Assembly: GCA_963542015.1 (NCBI GenBank)
Contig: CAUTUX010000006.1
Location: forward strand, 1,471 to 65,470
Direction of reading: 5' to 3'
Length of the DNA stretch: 64,000 bases
Source: an uncultured Clostridia bacterium
GTDB taxonomy: Bacteria; Bacillota; Clostridia; Christensenellales; CAG-917
The notes under the pieces were generated by a model that saw only the letters and a list, made by a program, of their open reading frames with translations, was not told the origin of the DNA and made no database searches. Positions 57,021 to 64,000 of the stretch are shown in pieces; the stretch's first letter is position 1, and each line of letters starts with the position of its first letter. The translations under genes were made by a program, and so were the position numbers.

Positions 57021-58788
57021 GATGACATCAGATGAACTGAGAAACAAATATTTATCATTTTTTGAAGAAAGGGGACATACGATAATCCCATCAGCATCGC
57101 TGATACCTGAAAATGACCCAACAGTCCTTTTTACAACAGCTGGTATGCATCCGTTAGTACCATATCTTCTGGGAGAAAAGCATCCAGGAGGAACACGCCT
57201 TACAGATGTTCAGATATGTGTAAGAACAGGAGATATTGATGAAGTTGGTGACGCCACGCACTGCACATTTTTTGAGATGTTGGGTAACTGGTCGTTGAAT
57301 GATTATTTTAAAAAAGAAGCAATAACATGGTCATATGAATTTTTAACAAAGGTGTTAAAAATAGATAAGAACAATATCGCCGTCACAGTTTTTGCAGGCA
57401 ACGAAAATGCTCCGAAAGATGAATACTCATATGGAATATGGAAGGATGTAGGTATTAAAAAAGAGAATATCTTCTTTATGGATGCTAAGCACAATTGGTG
57501 GGGACCTGCTGGAGAGACTGGACCTTGCGGACCAGACACCGAGATATTCATAGATTTAAGACCAAACGAAAAACCTTCATTCCCAGATGATAGTAGATAT
57601 GTTGAAATTTGGAACAATGTATTTATGGAATTCTATAAAGATGACAAAGGGAAAATTAATCTTGGAACACGCAAAAATGTTGATACAGGAATGGGACTTG
57701 AAAGAGTTATTTGTATTTTAAATGGGTTTAAATCTGTATATGATACAGACTTGTTTGCTGATGTTATTAAATATTTAAATGAGCATATTGGTGCAAATGT
57801 AGAGCTTTCAGAAGATGAAAAAGTTAAGGCTGTACGAATAATAGCAGACCATTTAAGAACTGCAACTTTCATGCTAGGAGATGTAAAGGGAATAACACCG
57901 TCAAATGTAGACCAGGGTTATGTCTTAAGAAGACTTATCAGAAGAGCCATGAGATATATGAGGTTGCTTGACATAGGAAATGAACATATATGTAATATTG
58001 CGAAAATGTATGTTCTGAAATATAAAGATGTATATTCATTTCTTAAAACTAATGAAACCAAAATATATGACGAACTTTCAAAAGAAATTGATAAATTTTC
58101 AAAAACAATTGAACTTGGATTAAAGGAATTTGAAAAGGTATTAAAGTATGTTAATGGAAATGTTTTTCCAGGCAAGACAGCTTTTAGATTGTATGACACA
58201 TTTGGATTCCCAATAGAAATGACAAAAGAGTTGGCAAAAGAAAAAGGGTATGATGTAGACGAAGATGGATACAGTGCAGCCATAGAGGCACACAGAGAAA
58301 AATCAAAACAAGGTGCAGAAAAGAAATTTAAGGGTGGACTCGCAGATGATGGAGAGATGAGTAAGAAATTGCATACAGCAACACATTTGCTTAATAAAGC
58401 CCTTAAAACAGTGTTAAAAGATGAAAATATAAACCAAAGGGGTAGCAACATAACTCCAGAACGACTGAGATTTGATTTTAACTTTGAAAGACCACTTACG
58501 CAGGATGAGATTAAAAAGGTAGAGGATTTTGTAAATAAAGAGATACAAAATGACAGTATAGTAAAGTGTGAAGAGATGTCGGTTAGTAAAGCTAAAGAAC
58601 AGGGAGCAGTTGGGATCTTCACAGATAGATACTCAGATATTGTTAAGGTTTATACCATCGGTCCTTCAAAAGAAATATGTGGAGGACCTCATGTTGAGCA
58701 TACAGCTGAACTTGGGGAATTTAAGATTGTAAAAGAACAAAGTTCATCTCAGGGAGTAAGAAGAATAAAAGCGATATTAACTGAGTGA
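57010..58788 (+). CDS. alaS: Alanyl-tRNA synthetase, short form lacking the C-Ala domain
   Basis: Aminoacylation core (LFTTAGMHPLVPY, CTFFEMLGNWSLNDYFK, DTGMGLERV) plus editing-core motifs HTATHLL and CGGPHV. The protein ends right after GVRRIKAILTE. The start is ambiguous (ATGs at 56998, 57010, 57013 and 57022). Confidence 0.85.
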   Translation: MMIKMTSDELRNKYLSFFEERGHTIIPSASLIPENDPTVLFTTAGMHPLVPYLLGEKHPGGTRLTDVQICVRTGDIDEVGDATHCTFFEMLGNWSLNDYFKKEAITWSYEFLTKVLKIDKNNIAVTVFAGNENAPKDEYSYGIWKDVGIKKENIFFMDAKHNWWGPAGETGPCGPDTEIFIDLRPNEKPSFPDDSRYVEIWNNVFMEFYKDDKGKINLGTRKNVDTGMGLERVICILNGFKSVYDTDLFADVIKYLNEHIGANVELSEDEKVKAVRIIADHLRTATFMLGDVKGITPSNVDQGYVLRRLIRRAMRYMRLLDIGNEHICNIAKMYVLKYKDVYSFLKTNETKIYDELSKEIDKFSKTIELGLKEFEKVLKYVNGNVFPGKTAFRLYDTFGFPIEMTKELAKEKGYDVDEDGYSAAIEAHREKSKQGAEKKFKGGLADDGEMSKKLHTATHLLNKALKTVLKDENINQRGSNITPERLRFDFNFERPLTQDEIKKVEDFVNKEIQNDSIVKCEEMSVSKAKEQGAVGIFTDRYSDIVKVYTIGPSKEICGGPHVEHTAELGEFKIVKEQSSSQGVRRIKAILTE

Positions 58789-58829
58789 CTCAATAGATAA
58801 TTAAATAAATAAAACAGTGAGGTATTAAA

Positions 58830-59789
58830 ATGAGAGATTTAAAAAAGTTACAAGACAAGCTTGATGTTATCAAGTGGTTAGATTCTGAAAACAGAAGACA
58901 TGATATGTGTGGAACATATTCATACTGTGTATTTTGTAACAAGTACATCCCTAACCCTTGTGCGGTTGCAATGACGAAATATATGAATACTCACCAGCAA
59001 GATGATTTGTATGAAGGATTGCTGAAAATAGGTGATGAGTCTGCAGGTTTGATTGAGTCGGTTGAAAATGTCGCACAAGAAATTGTTGAGGAAATTAACA
59101 TTCAAGAAGTAAAACAAAAAGTTGAAGACGGTTCATATATTATGGAGTCTTTTGCAGAAGAGGACGAAGAAGAAAAGACGGATGAATTTGAAGATGCTCC
59201 AATTGTAGAAGGTGAAGTAGAGTCTGATGAATCTGCTACATGGGATGAAACTGCAGATGATTATACTGATGAAGATATGGATTCAGACGAAGGTGTAGAG
59301 GTAGATAGCATAGAATCACTTGGTAAGACTTTTGATTATGAAAAAGTCATGATCAAGAAAGAAAGAAGGATGCCATTAACTTTTGCTGAAAAATATGTAT
59401 TAGCGAGTCAAGATCTGAAAGACAGATACAAAATAGTTGAACAAGAAATTTTAAGAAGAGACTCAAAGAAAGATATAGAGATTAAAGGTAGGGTAAATAA
59501 ACATTGTCATGCATTTAGATATAATGGTGAAATAGTTATAAAGATAACAATCATAGGTAGATCATTAAGAATAAATCTCGCTCTCGATCCAACACTAGAA
59601 GAATTCTGTAACGGTACAATGCCGCACTTAGATATGTCTCACAAGAGAGTATATGAGATAGTTCCTTTCCAATTAAAGATGAATAGCAAACTTGGAGTAA
59701 GGAGAGCTTGCAAGCTTGTAAATATATTAAAAGACAATATCCGTGAAGAGCTTGATGCAAGTGAAGGAGTTACAAAAATCACTCATTAG
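58830..59789 (+). CDS. Hypothetical protein with N-terminal Cys cluster, acidic linker and basic C-terminal domain
   Basis: 319 aa. It has C-x5-C-x2-C-x7-C near the N-terminus, a roughly 70-aa D/E-rich tract in the middle, and a conserved-looking C-terminal domain. No family recognised. RBS GTGAGG is present. Confidence 0.55.
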   Translation: MRDLKKLQDKLDVIKWLDSENRRHDMCGTYSYCVFCNKYIPNPCAVAMTKYMNTHQQDDLYEGLLKIGDESAGLIESVENVAQEIVEEINIQEVKQKVEDGSYIMESFAEEDEEEKTDEFEDAPIVEGEVESDESATWDETADDYTDEDMDSDEGVEVDSIESLGKTFDYEKVMIKKERRMPLTFAEKYVLASQDLKDRYKIVEQEILRRDSKKDIEIKGRVNKHCHAFRYNGEIVIKITIIGRSLRINLALDPTLEEFCNGTMPHLDMSHKRVYEIVPFQLKMNSKLGVRRACKLVNILKDNIREELDASEGVTKITH

Positions 59790-59892
59790 AATTAACAGGA
59801 AAGCCGTGTTTACAAAACGAAAGTATGACAGAGCGAAGCACGGCTTGTTCTAAAATTTTATGATACAGACAAATGTCTATAAATCTGACAAA

Positions 59893-60465
59893 TTATAAGT
59901 AGTAAAATAACAGCCCTAAAAGTCCGCTTATTAGGATAAGCCAAACGGCTGAGAATTTTTTTCCATTTATTTTTAATTTAGAAATAGGAAAGAGTATTAG
60001 TATTAAAATTAAACTTGTTTCGTTAAATTTGAAATTTTTAAAATCACTAAAGGAAGTCATATTAAAAACAATTAAAATCAATAAACTTAAGAATACACTT
60101 GCAATTATTCCTGTTACAGATGAACTCATATAACCAAGTGTTTTTTTCATTAACACATTTTTTCTAATTAAATTTGCAAAAAGTACGATTGTCATAATGA
60201 TGATGAAAGATGGAAGGACAACCCCCAAAGTGGCTAAAAATGCTCCTAAAAAGCCATGCGTGGTATATCCCGTATATGTTGCGATGTTAATTGCAAAAGG
60301 TCCAGGGGTTGTTTCTGATATCGCAATAAAGTCTAAAAGCTCTTTACTTGAGAACCATGCATTTTTTTCAACTTCTTTCATTATTAGAGGTATCATTGCC
60401 TGCCCGCCACCAAATGTGAAGAGACCAATTTTAAAAAAAGTTGTAAAGAGTGAAAGTGCTTGCAT
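59893..60465 (-). CDS. chrA: Chromate transporter (CHR) family protein, short-chain, second half of pair
   Basis: 190 aa. FKIGLFTFGGGQAMIPL and SETTPGPFAIN are CHR signatures. Confidence 0.85.
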   Translation of the reverse strand: MQALSLFTTFFKIGLFTFGGGQAMIPLIMKEVEKNAWFSSKELLDFIAISETTPGPFAINIATYTGYTTHGFLGAFLATLGVVLPSFIIIMTIVLFANLIRKNVLMKKTLGYMSSSVTGIIASVFLSLLILIVFNMTSFSDFKNFKFNETSLILILILFPISKLKINGKKFSAVWLILISGLLGLLFYYL

Positions 60466-61031
60466 TAGTATAACCTTCTTTCTGTTGGTTTAATCGACAT
60501 CATTGCAATTGCAGAAAAACAAAAACCCAAAATAATAATATAGATAGCATTTGTTTTTAAAATAAACATAGCGACAAAGGCAGCAGCTGCCATGATAAAA
60601 CTAAAGAAATTATGTTTCATATTTTTTACAAACATTGAAACCGCCCTACCAATCAGCACAATGACAGCAGCACGCATACCGCTTAAAAATGCCAATAGGG
60701 CTTTATTCTCTTTAAATGTGGATATAAAAATTGATATGCCGATGATGATAAAGAAGGATGGGAGAGAAGCTCCAAGCGTTGCCACAATTGCTCCAGGTAT
60801 GCCAGCAACTTTACCACCTATAAAGGTTGCGACATTTATGGCTATCGGTCCAGGACTCATTTCGGAAATTGTAAAAATTTCAGATAGAGCATAACTGTCC
60901 AACCATTTGTGTTTAGTAACGACTTTTTCCTTTATCATAGATAGCATTGCATAGCCACCACCGAAGGAGAAAAGACCAATGAAAAAGAAAGTGGTGAATA
61001 ATTTAAAAAGATCAGAAAGCCTCTTTTTCAT
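60465..61031 (-). CDS. chrA: Chromate transporter (CHR) family protein, short-chain, first half of pair
   Basis: FFIGLFSFGGGYAMLSM and SEMSPGPIAIN are present. Its stop overlaps the start of the downstream paralogue by 1 nt. The ATG at 61031 (MKKRLSDLF) is preferred over the track start at 61055. Confidence 0.85.
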   Translation of the reverse strand: MKKRLSDLFKLFTTFFFIGLFSFGGGYAMLSMIKEKVVTKHKWLDSYALSEIFTISEMSPGPIAINVATFIGGKVAGIPGAIVATLGASLPSFFIIIGISIFISTFKENKALLAFLSGMRAAVIVLIGRAVSMFVKNMKHNFFSFIMAAAAFVAMFILKTNAIYIIILGFCFSAIAMMSIKPTERRLY

Positions 61032-61103
61032 CTTAAAAATTATAGCACAAGGCATAAAAAAAGACCGCTAAGCGATCTTTTTTTACCTCAGGTAATAATA
61101 AGA

Positions 61104-61274
61104 TTATTCCTTAGAAATGGCTCCCATTGGACAAACACCTTCACAAGCACCACAATCAGAACAGATGTCTTTTACGATTTCGTATTTTGCATCTCCTTCC
61201 TTAATGGCATTGAGTGGGCATACATCCACACAGGCACCGCACTTTACACAATCATCACTAATTATTCTAGGCAT
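61104..61274 (-). CDS. fdx: 2x[4Fe-4S] clostridial-type ferredoxin (56 aa; not in the supplied ORF track)
   Basis: My own translation of the minus strand gives MPRIISDDCVKCGACVDVCPLNAIKEGDAKYEIVKDICSDCGACEGVCPMGAISKE, with two CxxCxxCxxxCP motifs. A strong RBS GAGGAGG lies 8 nt upstream. A terminator-like hairpin follows at 61058-61082. Confidence 0.9.
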   Translation of the reverse strand: MPRIISDDCVKCGACVDVCPLNAIKEGDAKYEIVKDICSDCGACEGVCPMGAISKE

Positions 61275-61328
61275 ACTTCATTACCTCCTCATATATGTTA
61301 ATTAAATTCTAACACCATAAAGTTAAAT

Positions 61329-61360
61329 TGTAAAGATTTTACTTAACTTTATCCCTATAT
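61329..61360. promoter_or_regulatory. Perfect 8-16-8 inverted repeat AAAGTTAA-N16-TTAACTTT overlapping the predicted fdx promoter
   Basis: Arms at 61329-61336 and 61353-61360. On the minus strand, TTTACA (61344-61339), 17 nt, and TAGAAT (61321-61316) form a good promoter. Its -35 lies in the repeat spacer, and its own spacer contains one arm. Confidence 0.5.
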
Positions 61361-61425
61361 GGCAACAAAATTGTGTAAAAGACATTAATTTTTTGAAAAA
61401 CTGTCAAATTTGCAGAAAGTTAAAT

Positions 61426-61455
61426 AAAAAAACTATTACTTAACTAGTACCACAT
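61426..61455. promoter_or_regulatory. Second copy of the same architecture: AAAGTTAA-N16-TTAACT
   Basis: Arms at 61426-61433 and 61450-61455, again with exactly 16 nt between them. Both copies share AAAGTTAAAT on the left and TTACTTAACT on the right. Confidence 0.45.
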
Positions 61456-61731
61456 GCCATTTTGTAGTAGCTAAATAAATAATTATCAAGATAGTAGGAA
61501 GTTTTAATCATTAAAAAAATGGATACCAAAAAGTAAATAAAGAAAAAAACACAATAAAAACTTTTGGCAAAAAGTGCTTAAAAAAAGTTTGGATTTTGCT
61601 AGGATTTGATTGGGTTTTGATGTGTACAACTGTCAAAGCTGAGATAGGTAGAGTCAACATTATCTTTGGGACTGTAGAGCTTATTTTTTAGCCATATTTA
61701 CATTTGCCCCCAAATGAGATAAATTGAAGAC

Positions 61732-62130
61732 ATGGAGCAAGAGAAGCAAACAAATAGAGAGTATGTAAATAAATATATTAAGGACAATTATGTGACTTTT
61801 AAATTCAGAATTCGTAAGGAAAATCAGCAAGTGATCAATAGGTTGCGTGAGGTCGGTAATATGACACAATATATTATTGGGTTAGTTGAGGAAGATATAA
61901 AAAGAAACACCAAGTATAATTATATAGATGATAGTATAAAGATAGATTTTAAGTTACCACGAAATATTCAAAACTTAGTAGACGATGCAGAAAGAGCGGA
62001 TTTAGAAGATGATTATGGTTTATATATAAATCTTGCGTCTGCGATAGATACAAATGCAAAAAATGCGACAGCAAAGAGGTTGCTGAGTGATTATCAGTGG
62101 GAAACGCTAGTAAGAAGGTTTAGAGTATGA
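61732..62130 (+). CDS. Putative ribbon-helix-helix DNA-binding protein (candidate antitoxin/partner of the HipA-like kinase)
   Basis: 132 aa. The N-terminal segment VTFKFRIRKENQQVINRLREVGNMTQYIIGLVEEDIKR has a beta-strand/helix/helix pattern typical of RHH (Arc/CopG/MetJ) folds. The roughly 70-aa C-terminal region is unassigned. Its stop overlaps the kinase start (ATGA). Confidence 0.5.
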   Translation: MEQEKQTNREYVNKYIKDNYVTFKFRIRKENQQVINRLREVGNMTQYIIGLVEEDIKRNTKYNYIDDSIKIDFKLPRNIQNLVDDAERADLEDDYGLYINLASAIDTNAKNATAKRLLSDYQWETLVRRFRV

Positions 62131-63098
62131 TAAAAATTATAGATTTTACAAACTTGGAATTAAGCTCACGAAATATGCAATATGGTGGAAGAGCAGGCGT
62201 TAAAAGAGGCGTGATGTACAACGGTGATTTCTGGATGATAAAGTTTCCAAAAGATACTAAAGAATTGCGATACGAAATAGGCATGTCGTATTCCTCAGCC
62301 CCATTGAGTGAATATATTGGGTCTAAAATATATGAGATAATGGGGTTTGATGTTCAAGAGGTGAGACTTGGCATTTTTTTTGATGGGAAACGAAACAAGT
62401 TAGTTTGTGGGTGTAAGGATTTTTTGAAAGATGAAACCCTACTTGTCCCTTACACCATGTTAAGAAATGATAGTAAGCTAGAAGCCATAGGGCTAGCAGA
62501 AGAGGCGACATATGGGGCGTATACTTTAGAAGAAATAACACGCCAGTTGGAAGAAAATACAGTGTTGAGCAAAATTGCGGGGGCTAAGGAAAGGTTTTGG
62601 AGAGTTGTCGTTATGGATTTATTGATAAATAATAACGATCGAAATGATGACAACTGGGGATTAATTTATTCTGTAAAAGAGAAGGAATATAATTTGGCAC
62701 CTATTTATGACAATGGGGCGTCTTTTCACAGCAAAGTTTCAGAAAGTAAGATTAATAATTTGATGTCAGATCCTGCGAAGTTGATGAGTAGTGTTCTAAA
62801 TGGGGTTACTGGATATTATGACGCAAAAGGCAATCATTTAAGAAATGCAGATATTTTTAATTTTAATAATAGGGACTTAGATGAAGCCATTTTATATGTA
62901 GGGGAGAGATTTAAAGAAAGGCTTGTGGAAATAAAAAGATTTTTTTCTGAAATACCAGAAAACTATAAGGACATTGAAGTTTTTTCTAAGCAGAGAAAAG
63001 CATACTACATGGAATCAATGTTAAGCAGATATCAACACATAATACAACCAGCAATGAGTAGAATTAGAGAGAAAGAAGATGAGCTGTGTCTTGAATAG
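62127..63098 (+). CDS. HipA-like serine/threonine kinase (short, HipA_C-only)
   Basis: 323 aa with a Gly-rich loop YGGRAGVKRGV, the Lys-containing strand FWMIKFP, a catalytic loop LINNNDRNDDNWG (D-x4-N), and the Mg-binding APIYDNGASF. This is the pattern of the HipA C-terminal kinase fold. Confidence 0.7.
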   Translation: MIKIIDFTNLELSSRNMQYGGRAGVKRGVMYNGDFWMIKFPKDTKELRYEIGMSYSSAPLSEYIGSKIYEIMGFDVQEVRLGIFFDGKRNKLVCGCKDFLKDETLLVPYTMLRNDSKLEAIGLAEEATYGAYTLEEITRQLEENTVLSKIAGAKERFWRVVVMDLLINNNDRNDDNWGLIYSVKEKEYNLAPIYDNGASFHSKVSESKINNLMSDPAKLMSSVLNGVTGYYDAKGNHLRNADIFNFNNRDLDEAILYVGERFKERLVEIKRFFSEIPENYKDIEVFSKQRKAYYMESMLSRYQHIIQPAMSRIREKEDELCLE

Positions 63099-63245
63099 CT
63101 AAAGTCAATAATTAGTTGTCAGACATTACGGTATGTAATTTCGCCTCAAAGAACATGTCTGAAACATAAGCAAATTAACGCGAAGTCCCAACATATCATG
63201 AGACAATTTTGAATTGATTAACAAGTAAGAAATTAAATAAAAGAT

Positions 63246-64000
63246 TTATTGCTTAACTGGTGGCTTATGCCACTTTTTCTTTTTGTGTTTAAAAAAGTTA
63301 CCTTTTTTCTTATTGTCCGATTTATGCTCTGGTTCTTCATGTGGTGTGCTTTCAGTCTTATCTTCAAGTGGCGTAGAGATGTCATCAGTACTATTTTGTA
63401 TAGATTCATTTTTATGATTTTGTTGTTTATCTGCATTTGCCGTTAAAATCTCAGATAGTGGATATGTACGAATCCTAATTAATGATTCATCTTTAAATTC
63501 GACTGTAACGGTTTCTTTTATATTTGATGTTTCAAATACTGTTCCAATACCGTCAGGGGTATTCACACTGGCACCGACAGCGGGGAGTAGGGCTTGAATT
63601 TTTTCGTAGTCATCATTTTCAAAAGCTAGACAACACATAATTTTCCCACAAAAGCCAGCAAGTTTTTCTGGATTAGTTTGCAGTCCTTGAATCTTTCCCA
63701 TTTTAGTTGTTGCTTTAATCCCTTGTGGTGCAAATCTTGTACAACAGCAAGGATGTCCACATACACCTAATGAACCATATAGGAGGACTTCTTCACGACT
63801 ATTTATTTGTCGCATTTCTATTCTTGTTTTAAGCATGCCAGCAGTGTATTTAACAATGTCTTGAAAAGGAATTCTTTCGTTGGCAGTGTAGTATATAATG
63901 AACTTAGACCTATCCAAAGTATATTCAGCATTTTTAATTGTCATTTTTAAATTTAGTTCATTGGCTTTTTCTTTAATTTTAGGGATAGCGTTTTTGGCGT
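63246..64000 (-). CDS. ricT: PSP1-domain protein RicT/YaaT (partial; N-terminus lies beyond the window end)
   Basis: NAEYTLDRSKFIIYYTANERIPFQDIVKYTAGMLKTRIEMRQI ... GVCGHPCCCTRF ... CGKIMCCLAFENDDY parallels B. subtilis YaaT. The reading frame stays open upstream of the track Met through position 64000. Confidence 0.85.
   Translation of the reverse strand, partial: AKNAIPKIKEKANELNLKMTIKNAEYTLDRSKFIIYYTANERIPFQDIVKYTAGMLKTRIEMRQINSREEVLLYGSLGVCGHPCCCTRFAPQGIKATTKMGKIQGLQTNPEKLAGFCGKIMCCLAFENDDYEKIQALLPAVGASVNTPDGIGTVFETSNIKETVTVEFKDESLIRIRTYPLSEILTANADKQQNHKNESIQNSTDDISTPLEDKTESTPHEEPEHKSDNKKKGNFFKHKKKKWHKPPVKQ

Noticed and set aside
57918-58622. 234-aa minus-strand ORF inside alaS
   Set aside because: It is entirely antisense to a strongly recognisable AlaRS coding sequence. 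Its Ser/Leu/Phe-rich low-complexity composition is typical of antisense frames in AT-rich genes.
61117-61305. 62-aa plus-strand ORF in the supplied track
   Set aside because: It is the antisense shadow of the minus-strand ferredoxin gene (61104-61274), which has two CxxCxxCxxxCP motifs and a GAGGAGG RBS. The plus-strand product has no motif and no RBS.
63119-63162. 8-bp inverted repeat TCAGACAT ... ATGTCTGA downstream of the HipA-like gene, considered as a terminator
   Set aside because: The loop is 28 nt and there is no U-tract on either strand. It is too weak to call as a terminator or operator.

Overview
This is a 64-kb AT-rich chromosomal segment, roughly one-third G+C by eye, from a low-G+C Bacillota-type bacterium. 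Several genes look Clostridia-like: RuvC together with RuvAB, PFOR, AdhE, clostridial short-chain flavodoxins, a 2x[4Fe-4S] ferredoxin, RicT/YaaT, and DUF3793- and DUF4364-like genes. The standard code 11 is in use, with TGG for Trp and TGA as a stop. No database search or computation was possible, so every call rests on motifs recognised in the supplied translations and in the DNA itself.

Most of the window is housekeeping:
- Central metabolism: adhE, pgi, pgcA, galU and nifJ/PFOR.
- Translation: leuS, serS, a short alaS, tilS, cca and five tRNAs (fMet, Met, Glu and Val in a cluster, plus Ser).
- The conserved ruvCAB-queA-tgt-yajC block.
- Other core genes: clpC, dinB, hpt, rmuC and hpf.
- Three ABC systems and two very large surface lipoproteins.

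I found no rRNA, CRISPR array, prophage or intact mobile element.

The accessory-looking DNA sits in two places:
1. 52.1-57.0 kb carries a zinc-ribbon membrane protein, orphan small ORFs, a BspA-type LRR protein, a truncated IS3-family transposase that keeps its terminal inverted repeat, and an HxxxD acyltransferase.
2. 61.3-63.2 kb carries a translationally coupled two-gene module. It pairs a ribbon-helix-helix-like protein with a short HipA-like kinase and lies between a ferredoxin gene and ricT.

The RHH/HipA-like module is my best candidate for an undescribed system, but that reading is inference only.

Other points worth a second look:
- A 56-aa ferredoxin gene is missing from the ORF track, and two tandem 8-16-8 inverted repeats overlap its promoter.
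- A redox locus runs PFOR, DtxR/MntR-type regulator, DUF3793, then two flavodoxins.
- The 590-odd-aa AlaRS lacks the C-Ala domain.
- Two likely pseudoenzymes are present: a degenerate ABC ATPase and a degenerate MDR dehydrogenase-like protein.
- A DUF3137-like protein and LemA form a gene pair.
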